A DNA stretch of 64,000 bases from Macrostomum hystrix. Lineage: Eukaryota > Animalia > Platyhelminthes. Below the pieces are notes generated by a model. That model saw only the letters and a program-made list of their open reading frames with translations. It was not told the DNA's origin and did no database searches. The stretch lies in the NCBI GenBank assembly GCA_950097015.1, contig CATNEN010000038.1, forward strand, positions 19,840,001-19,904,000, read 5' to 3'. Of the stretch, positions 38,350 through 50,100 are shown in pieces; position 1 is the first letter of the stretch, and each line of letters starts with the position of its first letter. The position numbers were made by a program, and so were the translations under genes.

Positions 38350-40040
38350 CCTCAATATCAAATTCCCTAAATTTCGCATTCCCAAAATTTCACATTCCCT
38401 AAATTTCGCATTCCCTAAATTTCACATTCCCTAAATTTCCCATTCTATAAATTTCGCATTCCCTAAATTTCCCATTCTATAAATTTCGCATGCCCTAAAT
38501 TTCACATTCCCTAAATTTCACATTCCCTAAATTTCACATTCCCTAAATTTCACATTCCCTAAATTTCCCATTCCTTAAATTTCCCATCCCCTAAATTTCA
38601 CATTCCCTAAATTTCGCATTCCCTAAATTTCACATTCCCTAAATTTCGCATTCCCTAAATTTCACATTCCCAAAATTTCGCATTCCCAAAATTTCACATT
38701 CCCTAAATTTCGCATTCCCAAAATTTCACATTCCCTAAATTTCGCATTCCCTAAATTTCACATTCCCTAAATTTCCAGTTCCCTAAATTTCCCATTCCTT
38801 AAATTTCCCATCCCCTAAATTTCCCATTCCCGAAATTTCGCATTCCCAAAATTTCACATTCCCTAAATTTCACATTCTCTAAATTTCATTCCCGAAATTT
38901 CGCATTCCCTAAATTTCGCATTCCTTAAATTTCAAATTCCCTAAATTTCCAGTTCCCTAAATTTCCCATTCCTTAAATTTCCCATCCCCTAAATTTCCCA
39001 TTCCCGAAATTTCGCATTCCCAAAATTTCACATTCCCTAAATTTCACATTCTCTAAATTTCATTCCCAAAATTTCACATTCCCTAAATTTCGCATTCCCT
39101 AAATTTCGCATTCTATAAATTTCGCATTCCCTAAATTTCCCATTCTATAAATTTCGCATTCCCTAAATTTCGCATTCCCTAAATTTCCCATTCTATAAAT
39201 TTCGCATTCCCTAAATTTCGCATTCCCTAAATTTCCCATTCCCTAAATTTCACATTCCCTAAATTTCGCATTCCCTAAATTTCACATTCCCAAAATTTCG
39301 CATTCCCAAAATTTCACATTCCCTAAATTTCGCATTCCCTAAATTTCACATTCCCTAAATTTCGCATTCCCTAAATTTCACATTCCCTAAATTTCCAGTT
39401 CCCTAAATTTCCCATTCCTTAAATTACCCATCCCCTAAATTTCCCATTCCCGAAATTTCGCATTCCCAAAATTTCACATTCCCTAAATTTCGCATTCCCG
39501 AAATTTCGCATTCCCTAAATTTCGCATTCCCAAAATTTCGCATTCCCTAAATTTCGCATTCCCTAAATTTCACATTCCCTAAATTTCGCATTCCCTAAAT
39601 TTCACATTCCCTAAATTTCACATTCCCTAAATTTCGCATTCCCTAAATTTCCCATCCCCTAAATTTCCCATTCCCGAAATTTCGCATTCCCTAAATTTCG
39701 CATTCCTTAAATTTCAAATTCCCTAAATTTCCAGTTCCCTAAATTTCGCATTCCCAAAATTTCACATTCCCTAAATTTCGCATTCCCTAAATTTCCCATT
39801 CTATAAATTTCGCATTCCCTAAATTTCGCATTCCCTAAATTTCCCATTCTATAAATTTCGCATTCCCTAAATTTCGCATTCCCTAAATTTCGCATTCCCT
39901 AAATTTCCCATTCTATAAATTTCGCATTCCCTAAATTTCCCATTCTCTAAATTTCATTCCCTAAATTTCACATTCCCTAAATTTCACATTCCCTAAATAT
40001 CACATTACAGGAATGCATTCCGAAATTATCACATTCCCAA
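38350..40040. repeat. Minisatellite, 16-bp unit TTCCCTAAATTTC(G/A/C)CA (~100 copies)
   Basis: Direct tandem array between STT3A and FoxO. Confidence 0.97.
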
Positions 40041-43000
40041 ACTATCTCATTCCCCAAATTTTTCCTTTGCTGCTTCACATTTTCTCAATATCACATGCCC
40101 CATATTTCACATACCTCAAATTTGCCGTTTCCGCAGCTCGGGTAAGACCAGTGCAGTGGTGTATTGTGTTATAGGCAGTCCAATTGAACTTACTAAATAG
40201 TGCTACATATTGCCTGAATTACTGTGTAGATTATTTCTTTAAATTACCAGCACTATTAAGCCAACTAGTCTCCACAATGGGAACCCCAAGCAACCAGTAT
40301 TAGTACACTCTTATTTGAGTCTAATATATTGATCTGAGCTTAGCGCAAAATATTACCGCCCAATAAAGGATTTCAGCATTCTCAGCGAATCTATGTGATT
40401 TATGAGCACAAGCCGGTGAATGCAGTTTTAAGACTAATCCAGATTGCTGTGGTCAGTGTCAGTGGAATTAACTAAAAGGGATTAAAGGGGATTAGCAGCG
40501 AACAGATAAACTAGCACCAGGGGCTTAGCAGGTTCGAGAGGCCGTATAAAACTTGGATAAGATATGAGCACTATACTCAGGTGGATATAATCCACAAGGA
40601 TTTAGTTCTCAATCGCAAAAACTACCTGAGTTTGTAACTATGGCCGCTGTGATCAATGAAAACAAACTGGTTGCCTAGGTAACAGACTAGTTCAAATCTA
40701 GATCGAAAAAAACAGTTTTAGACTCAAAACTCAAATCTAATGGAAGCCACAATAATTCGGATTGAAATTTTTCAAAAAAACGTAAATTATTTTACAACTG
40801 CAAAAATTCAGTGACCTCAACTGACCCCGCGCGTGGGATTCAACCAGGGGGTTGGCTAGGAGGGTGAAATTCCCTAGCAGTTGCACCTGTGCATAAATGG
40901 TTGGGATAATTTTGTCTTTTACGAAAACAACACTTCAACCGTACAGGAGACAATCTTGCAGATATTTAATACTGCAACACAACCTCCTGTTTGACATTTG
41001 CTGACACCTCCTTAGCTGACATTGGCTTTGACAACACGTTTTCCAAGAAAGCGAACTAATTTAGAAGTAAAAAAGGCAGAGATTTTCAGAATATACTTCA
41101 GTTTTATTCTCAGACACTCACAAAGATTAGTTTGAAAACGTTTGTGCGAATTTTATAATTAGTTTTAAATCATTTAGTTTCTTTATAAAAAACGATTATA
41201 GAGTGTAAGTCAGTGGGTCACAAGGCGCACAATGTCACAATATAGACAATCTATTAAATATGAATATAATATATGCCAAACATCTAACACAAATCTGAGA
41301 GCCTAATAATAAACAAAATGACCAATAAACTTTCACGATGACTCATTGGGGAACAATTTGGTTTCACAACAGGTTGCCATTCTCATCCTCATGCTTAACA
41401 TTAGTGAAACTAACGAAAACTTCCAAACAAGATAATTCCAAAAGCTAGGCACACAACTACAGTCTGTAGTCAAGCCTTGTTAGCTCAAAATAATAACTTG
41501 TTTACGTACGACTCTAATAAAGTGCAAAGTGCAAAAAGTTTCATCGTGTTGGTGGCTTTTTAAACTAAGCAGTTTTCTCTGTGTCTCTGTTGAATTGAAT
41601 GACCACAGGCTCGCCGAGCTGTGAGCAACGGGGTGGGTGAGACGGGGGCAGGCAGTATTTAGGTGCGTGCTAACTTGTGTAGTACTCAACAGCCGGTGTT
41701 ACCTACGAACCAAGCAAGAAAAATCTAGGAGCAGTGCTCAGTAAGACTGTTTAGAGTGATTTTCGGCACTAGCCGCTGCAGCAGCTGCAGAGTTTATCCA
41801 GACTGCCGAATAAACTCAGGGACATTATTTTTAGAATTCTAAAAAATTCTATAGGTAGATATAGATGGTGCAGTTAAGAGCACAGCAAGGCATACCACCT
41901 GACCTTACTCAGCTCGTGTTCTATAGAATGCAGCTGAACCTACGGCAACAGATATTTTTATAATGCTCGCATTTACTATCTTTTGTCTACTTGAGGGTGC
42001 AAAAATAAATCTCTTTAACTATACTACACTCCTGAGCTTTGCGGTGTACTAAATTCATTTGATTGAGTTGGTCTCGCTGGAAATGAAAGCATTTTTACAT
42101 TTCGAATATTAGTTTATGTTGATATTTGTCAAGAAACTACGAGAGAGGATCAGAAAAATGATTAGGACACGTTGATTCGAGCAGAACAAGAACGATCATG
42201 ACAGTAATATAATAAGACAGACAGGTAAGGATTTATCAAATTAGCATAATTAGCACATAATTAAAAATAAAGATGTTACAAATGTTTGCATTTAAAGTAG
42301 ATAGACACCAGTCAATGCTTAACCAAGTTGGGTATCGCCTATTACAATGCCAAGATGGTGGCAGCGGTGGGATGATGAATTAAATAGACAAAAAAGTTTA
42401 TTAAGATTTCTACGAAGAAGTAATTAAAAATTGTAATACGTGTCACAGAGGAAACAAGGTTAGAAAATTAAACTTAGTCAAAATAAACAGTTGTTTCATT
42501 TATGCAGGATTTTGTCACTTTGTAAGCAATTGGACAGTGAAGTTTTTTTGTTTAGCAGAAAAATAGAACAACACAAAATCGTTAGATCGATTTCGGAATA
42601 CAAAGGGCGCGAATATGATGGGTGTCAGTGCTGTGTACAATTATGTATGATTGATCTCACTTTATCAGTAAAAAGGGTAGATGGGAAAAAATAGTTACTC
42701 ACGCATGATTTGCAAAACTTTGGGAACGAATTCTTACAGGAAATATATATATCCAAGAATTGCCTAGTTAAAATGTAAGCCATTTGGTGCCGAATGAGAC
42801 AATCTGCTAAGATTTTTCGTCTTACGAGGAAGCTAATTGGTAGTCATACGTGAGTCTAAATCTAAGAGACAATTTCTAGCTCGTCGAAATTTAGTTCAGA
42901 TTTGGTGCTCAAAACAATTTCTCATTTGGCCTCGCTTGTCTTCTTTTCACAAGAAACCCAAGACACAAAGTCACAATGCTTACAAAATGCACTTAAACAA

Positions 43001-44052
43001 CAAAAAACAACAAAAAATTAGCATTTTTTGCACTCAATGTTCATTGAAATGTAGTTGATAATTCTAGAAATCTGCAGTCAAAGTGACCAGACAGAAGCCC
43101 TGCTAAGTGAACATTTTGCCCAGACAAAAGACTCGAAATCATATTTGTTTGTGTACACAGAGCCACAACTTGCTCATGTGCAAGTCTTTTTTAGTAGGTA
43201 AAGCAACGATAGAGAAACGACACCAATGTACCTGTGTTATAAGCGAATATAAACCTATAAACAATGGATCTTCAATTCAAGATTGATGCGAAACAAATAT
43301 ATAGGTAGTCAGCCATGACAGGACAGAAAACACCAGAAGTCTACATATAAAACAAAGTAAAGTAGACAGCATTTTATTCCAATCCATAAATACACAGCTC
43401 GCAGATATGGCGCTAATGCACAGACTTGGGTTTTTTTGAAACCGCAAAAAGGTCAAACCCTGGCTATACCACGCGGAAGCAGCAACAACAAACTTAATAG
43501 TACACACAGAAGAGAGAGACTGTACACAGATGGAATACCACAGCTAAGTACAGGCGGGTAACACAGTGCATATCCCACAATTTGATATGCAATTACACAG
43601 CACGGGAGCATTATCGACAGGAGAAAATGACAGGCTGCCGGTTCTATAAAACTCCAAGGTAGAGTTAATAAAAAATAGCCATTTTTACAAGAATAATCAC
43701 TAAGAAAAGACAAAACAAAATGAATTCTTAGCAAATTAAATCACGATTCTTATCATCATTGGTTACAGTGGATGGCAGACTGAAAACTAGCAGAAGCAAG
43801 TTTAATTTTACAGCATCCATAGCAGAGCATTGCTAAAAAATGTGCCGCATAGTATTTAACAGATGTCAGGGTAAGAAATTGCGATCGTTTCACTTATTGT
43901 TCTAGAATGTATTCTTTCAATCTTTCAATTCTTTCTTTCAATTGTTATTTTTCTCAACAAAAAACACATGTGTACAAATTAATTAACAAATATTGAATGC
44001 AATCGGGCGACGCAAGTCAGAACGAACAACAACCAGAAAAATTAGATTAGTT

Positions 44053-44105
44053 CTAGGCTTGCTCCTGCATCAGATAGTCCACACTGCAGTTGCACACTGG
44101 CTGCA

Positions 44106-44137
<32 letters not shown>

Positions 44138-47100
44138 GGCTGCACGGGCTGCTGATAGACATAGCCAACTGCCTGCTGGGGTTGCTGCTGCTGCTGATAC
44201 TGCAGCTGAGCACTGATGCCACAGTAGCCAGTAGTGAAGCTTTGCTGCTGCTGCTGCTGCTGCTGATTCTGCAGTTCGAATGCATCCACAGCTTCGATAA
44301 TATCGGGAAGTGAATTCAGATCGCTTAAAGAATCGAACCAGCTGCAGTCGCTGCCGCCGATACCGCTGCTGTTAAACAGCGACTGCTGATGCTGCTGCTG
44401 CTGCTGCTGCTGCCGCTGCTGCTCGCAGTTTAACTGAGTCATCTGCGTTGTCAAGGAATGCATCGGAAGATCAGTGCCCATAATAGGCCTGGCCGACTGC
44501 AGCACGGCATCGTTTAGCGACTCGAACAGCAACTGCTCGGTGTCCTGGTCTGTGTCGAGCAATTGCTCAGGCGGGACTAGATCTCGCATCACTTCAGCCA
44601 CGGTGAATGGCTGAGGCTGAAGCAAATGCAACTCCTGCTGCTGCTGCTTCTGCGCCTGCTGCACCGGAGTCGAGCTGCTGATCGCATTGGCGCCGGCGGC
44701 AGCAGCGTTGGCAGCAGCCCTTCGAGCTAGCACCGCCGCCCGTTTCGACTGCAAGTCGGCGTTGCGCGTAGCGTCGGCTGTGACCGCTCGGCGACGATAA
44801 GCCGCGCTTCCAGGCGTCGCCGTCGTCGCATTAGCAGATCCGCTGCCGCCGCCGCCGCCGCCGCCTGAATGCCGCTCCCGAGCATCGTAGTTGACAGTCC
44901 AATAAGAGGATTTGCCAGTTTGATCATTTTGGACGCGAACAAATTTGTTGTGCAGAGACAGATTGTGACGAACCGAATTCTGAAGGACGTTGAGTGGTGT
45001 CAAATTAAAATTTTAGCCCTTCTGTCATCTGTGTGCATGAGTCATTCCTCATTAATTATCGTTTGTCATCTGTCATTCTTCATTAATTATCGTGTGTGCA
45101 TGAGTCATTCCTCATTAATTATCGTGTGTCATCTGTCGTTCCTCACGCGACATCGTATTTTATGTCATCACTTATCTCAAACTGTCTGTCATCTGTCATC
45201 CATTGTGTGACATCGTCTGCCATCTGTCATCTCTCATTTAACAGCATTTGTCATCTGTCATCTGTAATGTGAAATAGTCTGTCATCTGTCAAACTAAGTT
45301 CCGAATAATATTTGATCACGATCTTCATGACGAATGGTCTCGCCCTCATTTAGGAATATAAAATACAAAAGTCGGTTTTCCCGCACATCGGGTTATAATT
45401 GGCTTGTGACTGTAAATCCGTTTTGCGAGGCGCAGATACGAAAACATGAAAATTCATTTTAACTGACGAAATAATTGATGAAGAAAATTTAGAATTTGTC
45501 ATTGACCTTTGATCGGTTAGCTCTCCTGGTCTAGGCTCTGGATGAACTCAGAATAATTAACTCCGGTATTTCTTTAGAGCAGATGCGCTCACAGCGACTA
45601 CATTTTTAAAGCTTTTGAAAAAAAGATGACTTGAGAATCTCATTATTAAAGCCAGAATTAACCCGAAGCAGATTTAACCTAAGCTGTACCTCAGAATAAT
45701 AATGACAAGCAGAATTAGTTGACTAGTTGATAACTATTAACTTGGCAACTAACCGTAATGAAAAGTTTCGATTCGTTCAAAATCCAAAATGGTTGTTTAA
45801 ATTATTAAGGAATTATAAAGAAAGACTTTGTAAGATATTTGGCATTTACGTATATTGGAGGTTTTTATAAATACTAGATGGTTTTTTAACTCGGGGATCT
45901 TTCTGAGACTCAGGGGATCTTTCTGAGACTCAGGGGATCTTTCTGAGACTCAGGGGATCCTTCTGAGACTCAGGGGACCTTTCTATGACTCAGGGTATCT
46001 TTCTGAGACTCAGGGGATCTTTCTATGACTCGGGGGATCTTTCTGAGACTCAGGGGACCTTTCTATGACTCAGGGGATCTTTCTATGACTCAGGGGATCT
46101 TTCTATGACTCAGGGGATCTTTCTATGACTCAGGGGATCTTTCTATGACTCATGGATTATTCTAAAACTCGGGGATCATTATATAGCTCGGGGATCATTG
46201 TACCCGTATTACTTTAGGATTGCTAAAAAACCTGGTGAATCAGAAAGCAATTTGGCCTATTCTTACAATTTAAATGTCTGAAATTCGCAAATGCTCGGAA
46301 AATACGAGGTCCTAAATGTGCAGAGTTTCAAATAAAAACTGGCTAAAAGGAATAAAGGAAAGGAATATTTTGTTACATCTAGAATTAGTCATTTCCTTTA
46401 TTCACACATTAGCAATCAAGCAGAACAATTTTTTGTCGAAAAATATCCAGGACAAGACACTAGCAGCCAGGGTGTAGTATGTAAACAGACAACTCGATAA
46501 AATACAAGGGATCCAGTTTTGGAAACCGCAGTGGTGGATGCAGTGTTGTCTATTATTCCCGTGATCGATTGCAAGCCTAAACCCTACCGACCATTGTGTC
46601 AATGCTGTGTTTACTGCTTAATGCGTGCTCCGGTTGCCACTCTAGGAAGATTAGCTAATTAGATACATCTATATATAGTGACTACTTTATCACTTAGTAC
46701 ACCGAAGTGCCAATGTGTGCAATTTGCTACTTTACTGAAACCAACTCGCTGGCGCCGAAATGATACACATGGGTCTAGGGTTCGAATCCGTATAAGCTTT
46801 CATAAGTCTCTGTAAAAAAACATTTCAAATAGCAACATTTGGATACTAAATCTTGATAATGTTGCCCTGGGTCCCTCTTCATCTCTTACCTGTTTTATCT
46901 ACCATGTCTTTTTTCTCCCCTGTCATGTCTCTCCAATATCTTATCTTTTACCTGTCCCATCTCTACCCTGTCCCATCTCTACCCTGTCCCATCTCTACCC
47001 TGTCTCATCTCTACCCTGTCCCATCTCTACCCTGTCCCATCTCTACCCTGTCCCATCTCTACCCTGTCCCATCTCTACCCTGTCCCATCTCTACCCTGTC

Positions 47101-50100
47101 CCATCTCTACCCTGTCCCATCTCTACCCTGTCCCATCTCTACCCTGTCCCATCTCTACCCTGTCCCATCTCTACCCTGTCCCATCTCTACCCTGTCCCAT
47201 CTCTACCCTGTCTCATCTCTACCCTGTCCCATCTCTACCCTGTCCCATCTCTACCCTGTCCCATCTCTACCCTGTCCCATCTCTACCCTGTCCCATCTCT
47301 ACCCTGTCCCATCTCTACCCTGTCCCATCTCTACCCTGTCCCATCTCTACCCTGTCCCATCTCTACCCTGTCCCATCTCTACCCTGTCCCATCTCTACCC
47401 TGTCTCATCTCTACAATGCCTTATCTTTTTAATGCCTTATCTGCCCAATGTCTTATCTCTCCCATACCTTATCTCTCACATGTCTTATCTCCCACCTGTC
47501 TCATCTCTCACCTGTCTCATCTCTCACCTGTCTCATCTCTCACCTGTCGCATCTCTCTAATGTCTCATCTCTTTAATGTCTCATCACTCCAATGGCACAT
47601 CTATCCAATGTCTCATCTCTCATATGTCTTGTCCCTCCAATATCTTGTCCCTCCAATTTCTTGTCCCTCTAATTTCTTATCTCTCGAATGTCTTATCTAC
47701 CCGATCTCTTATGTCCTATATATCCCGTGTCTCATCTCTCAAAAGTCTAATCTGTCTGATCTATTTCGTCGCACCTCTCCCTTGTGTCTCATTTTCCCGT
47801 TTCTCAAACTAGCTCGCATCTAATTTCTACCAAGTGTCCTCTTCAGTCAACTGTCAAATCCGCATTCAATGGCCCGTATGCAGAAAGCCTAGCCCAGTCT
47901 AGCTAGTCTGGACTGGGTAGTTTGGTCTATGGTCTTGAAATCGGTATGCATAAAAGCTAGTCACGACTACCATGATGAGTCTAGGCTAGACCAGTCTGGG
48001 CTTGACCGAGCGCCAAACTTAAGCGCCAAATCCTCAACGGATTCCACGTTGTCTATGGTCCTTCTATGGGTGGGGAAAGACAGGGCACATTCAAGCGCCT
48101 AGCTGGCTTATTACTTTATTGGCCATCGTATTCATATTTCTATCTGCCTTGCGTCTGAAATGTCGCCAGCAAACGATTACGAAAACATTCTTCTTGATGC
48201 CCTCCAAGGGCATTCGACTGCAATTTTTTCGAAGGGTCAAACGCCTTCCTGTCGAAAACGACGAGCAAACGCATGGGAAGATGTTACATCGCGAGTCAAC
48301 GAGCAGTGCAATACTAGTTACTCTGTTGATAAGGTGCAAAAACGATGGAAGAACATTGTTCAGCGAATCAAGGAGAAAAGTGCCAAGAAGACTGGAGGTG
48401 GACCGCCTCCAAAAATGTCGTCGAATGATTTGAAGGCACTGGCAATAATTGGTGAAGACAACCCACAACTGACGCCACTTTCATCTGGATTGAGCGTCGG
48501 GCTGACGGAGAAGAACAATTCGAGGCCATCGTCACCGACTGGGGCATCAGCAGATCGACGGCATCAATCAATGCCACAGACAAGCTCGAACAATCTACAG
48601 TCGGACAACGTCGTACTCGAAGAACCATCTCGACGTTCATCGGGTTCGGAGTATATCGGCTGTCCCCAAAAGAAGAAGGCTGTGGACAGTAACTTCGCCG
48701 AGAAGCTCGTAGAGTTTGAACATAAGAAGCTGAAGCTTAAGGAAGAGAAGCTTGCTCTAGAACGTGAGAAGATCGACGTATTGAGGGAGATCAGAGATCT
48801 GTTGCGTCATGTCAGCGACAACAGAGAGCCAAAGAGAAAGAAAAGTCCGATTTATTAATCGGAAGATCTGAAGTAAAAGCAAACGACAGCGTCTAATTAA
48901 TAACGGCGTAAACTAAGAAACAACAACTGTTTGAAAAAAGTTTCGCAATTTTCTCTCAATGTTCTGGTTATACCACAAAACTTTGTTTTAGTTACATCAA
49001 TTACACTGCCTCGCTGAGTTGGTCTCGAAGTTGACGGCCTCTCGTTTGTTTTTGCTGTTCGCGCTGATTGGCGTTGTAATTAACATGTACTGGCTCCTGA
49101 TCGTCCAATTCTTGAACAAGATACTCTGGAAGATCGTCGTGTGGATCATTCTGAATGCGAGCAAAATTGTGCAGCTTGCAGCAGGTCACAATTATTGTAG
49201 GTATTCGGTTCAGCGGCACGCGTAGGAGGCTACCAATGCAGTTAAAACGACGCTTCAAAATACCAAATGTCTGCTCGATCCGAACTCTCGCTCGGCTAAG
49301 CTCGCGATTGAATACTCTCTGTCGACCCTCCGGGTTTTGATACGGAGTGAGCAGGAAGTCGTAGAGACGGTACCCAGAATCTCCCACGAGATAGCCATGC
49401 CATTGTGCGTCTAGAAGAGAGCCGAAAAGAAAACTGTTGCGGAATATTCTTGAGTCGTGAACAGAGCTAGGCCACTGTGCAGTAATTTCGAGAAATTGGT
49501 AGCTCGCGTCGCAGACTGCTTGGACGTTAATAGAGTGGTAGTTTTTCCGATTTATGAATTCGTCGGGAAAATTCTCGTTGGGTGGCCTTTGAATTCGTAC
49601 GTGCGTGCAATCCATCGCACCGATTACATCAGGCAGTTGACAAATTTGGCGAAACCCTGTTGAAACGCGTGTCCGCTCAACACCTGGCTCTGGATAGTGG
49701 ATATTATCCAATTGGACATTAATTGCTCTTACCACTTTCCAGTAGCAGCGGGACATCGTGCTCTGGTCAATACCTCCAAGAGCAGACAAGTTCTGCTGAA
49801 AGCTGCCAGTGCCAAGATAAGACAGTGTCAAGCACAGTTGCAGCATGGGAGTGAGACTCTTGTTTCGCTGGGTTGCTCTTTCAAGATCTGTCTCGACTAG
49901 TTCCACCAGTGCAACTAGTGACCGCGGTACAAACCGAAACAGTCTTTTGATCTCAACCTCTGAGAATTGTTGAAGTGGTTCCAACCGATCACGAAAAATG
50001 CGCTGCCGACGGAGGTCTTGTTGAACTAAATCAACAGCTAATAAAATATTCATTTCTGTAAATCTTGGCTGTCTTGGGCAATGAAAAAGCCAGTATCCTA

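Noticed and set aside
38350-40040. CCCTAAA-containing array as interstitial telomere
   Set aside because: The unit is 16 bp with a single CCCTAAA, not tandem telomeric hexamers or heptamers.
32700-43900. Short ORFs of 60-200 aa between STT3A and FoxO
   Set aside because: No recognisable domains or consistent exon chain; most derive from repeats or AT-rich UTR-like sequence.
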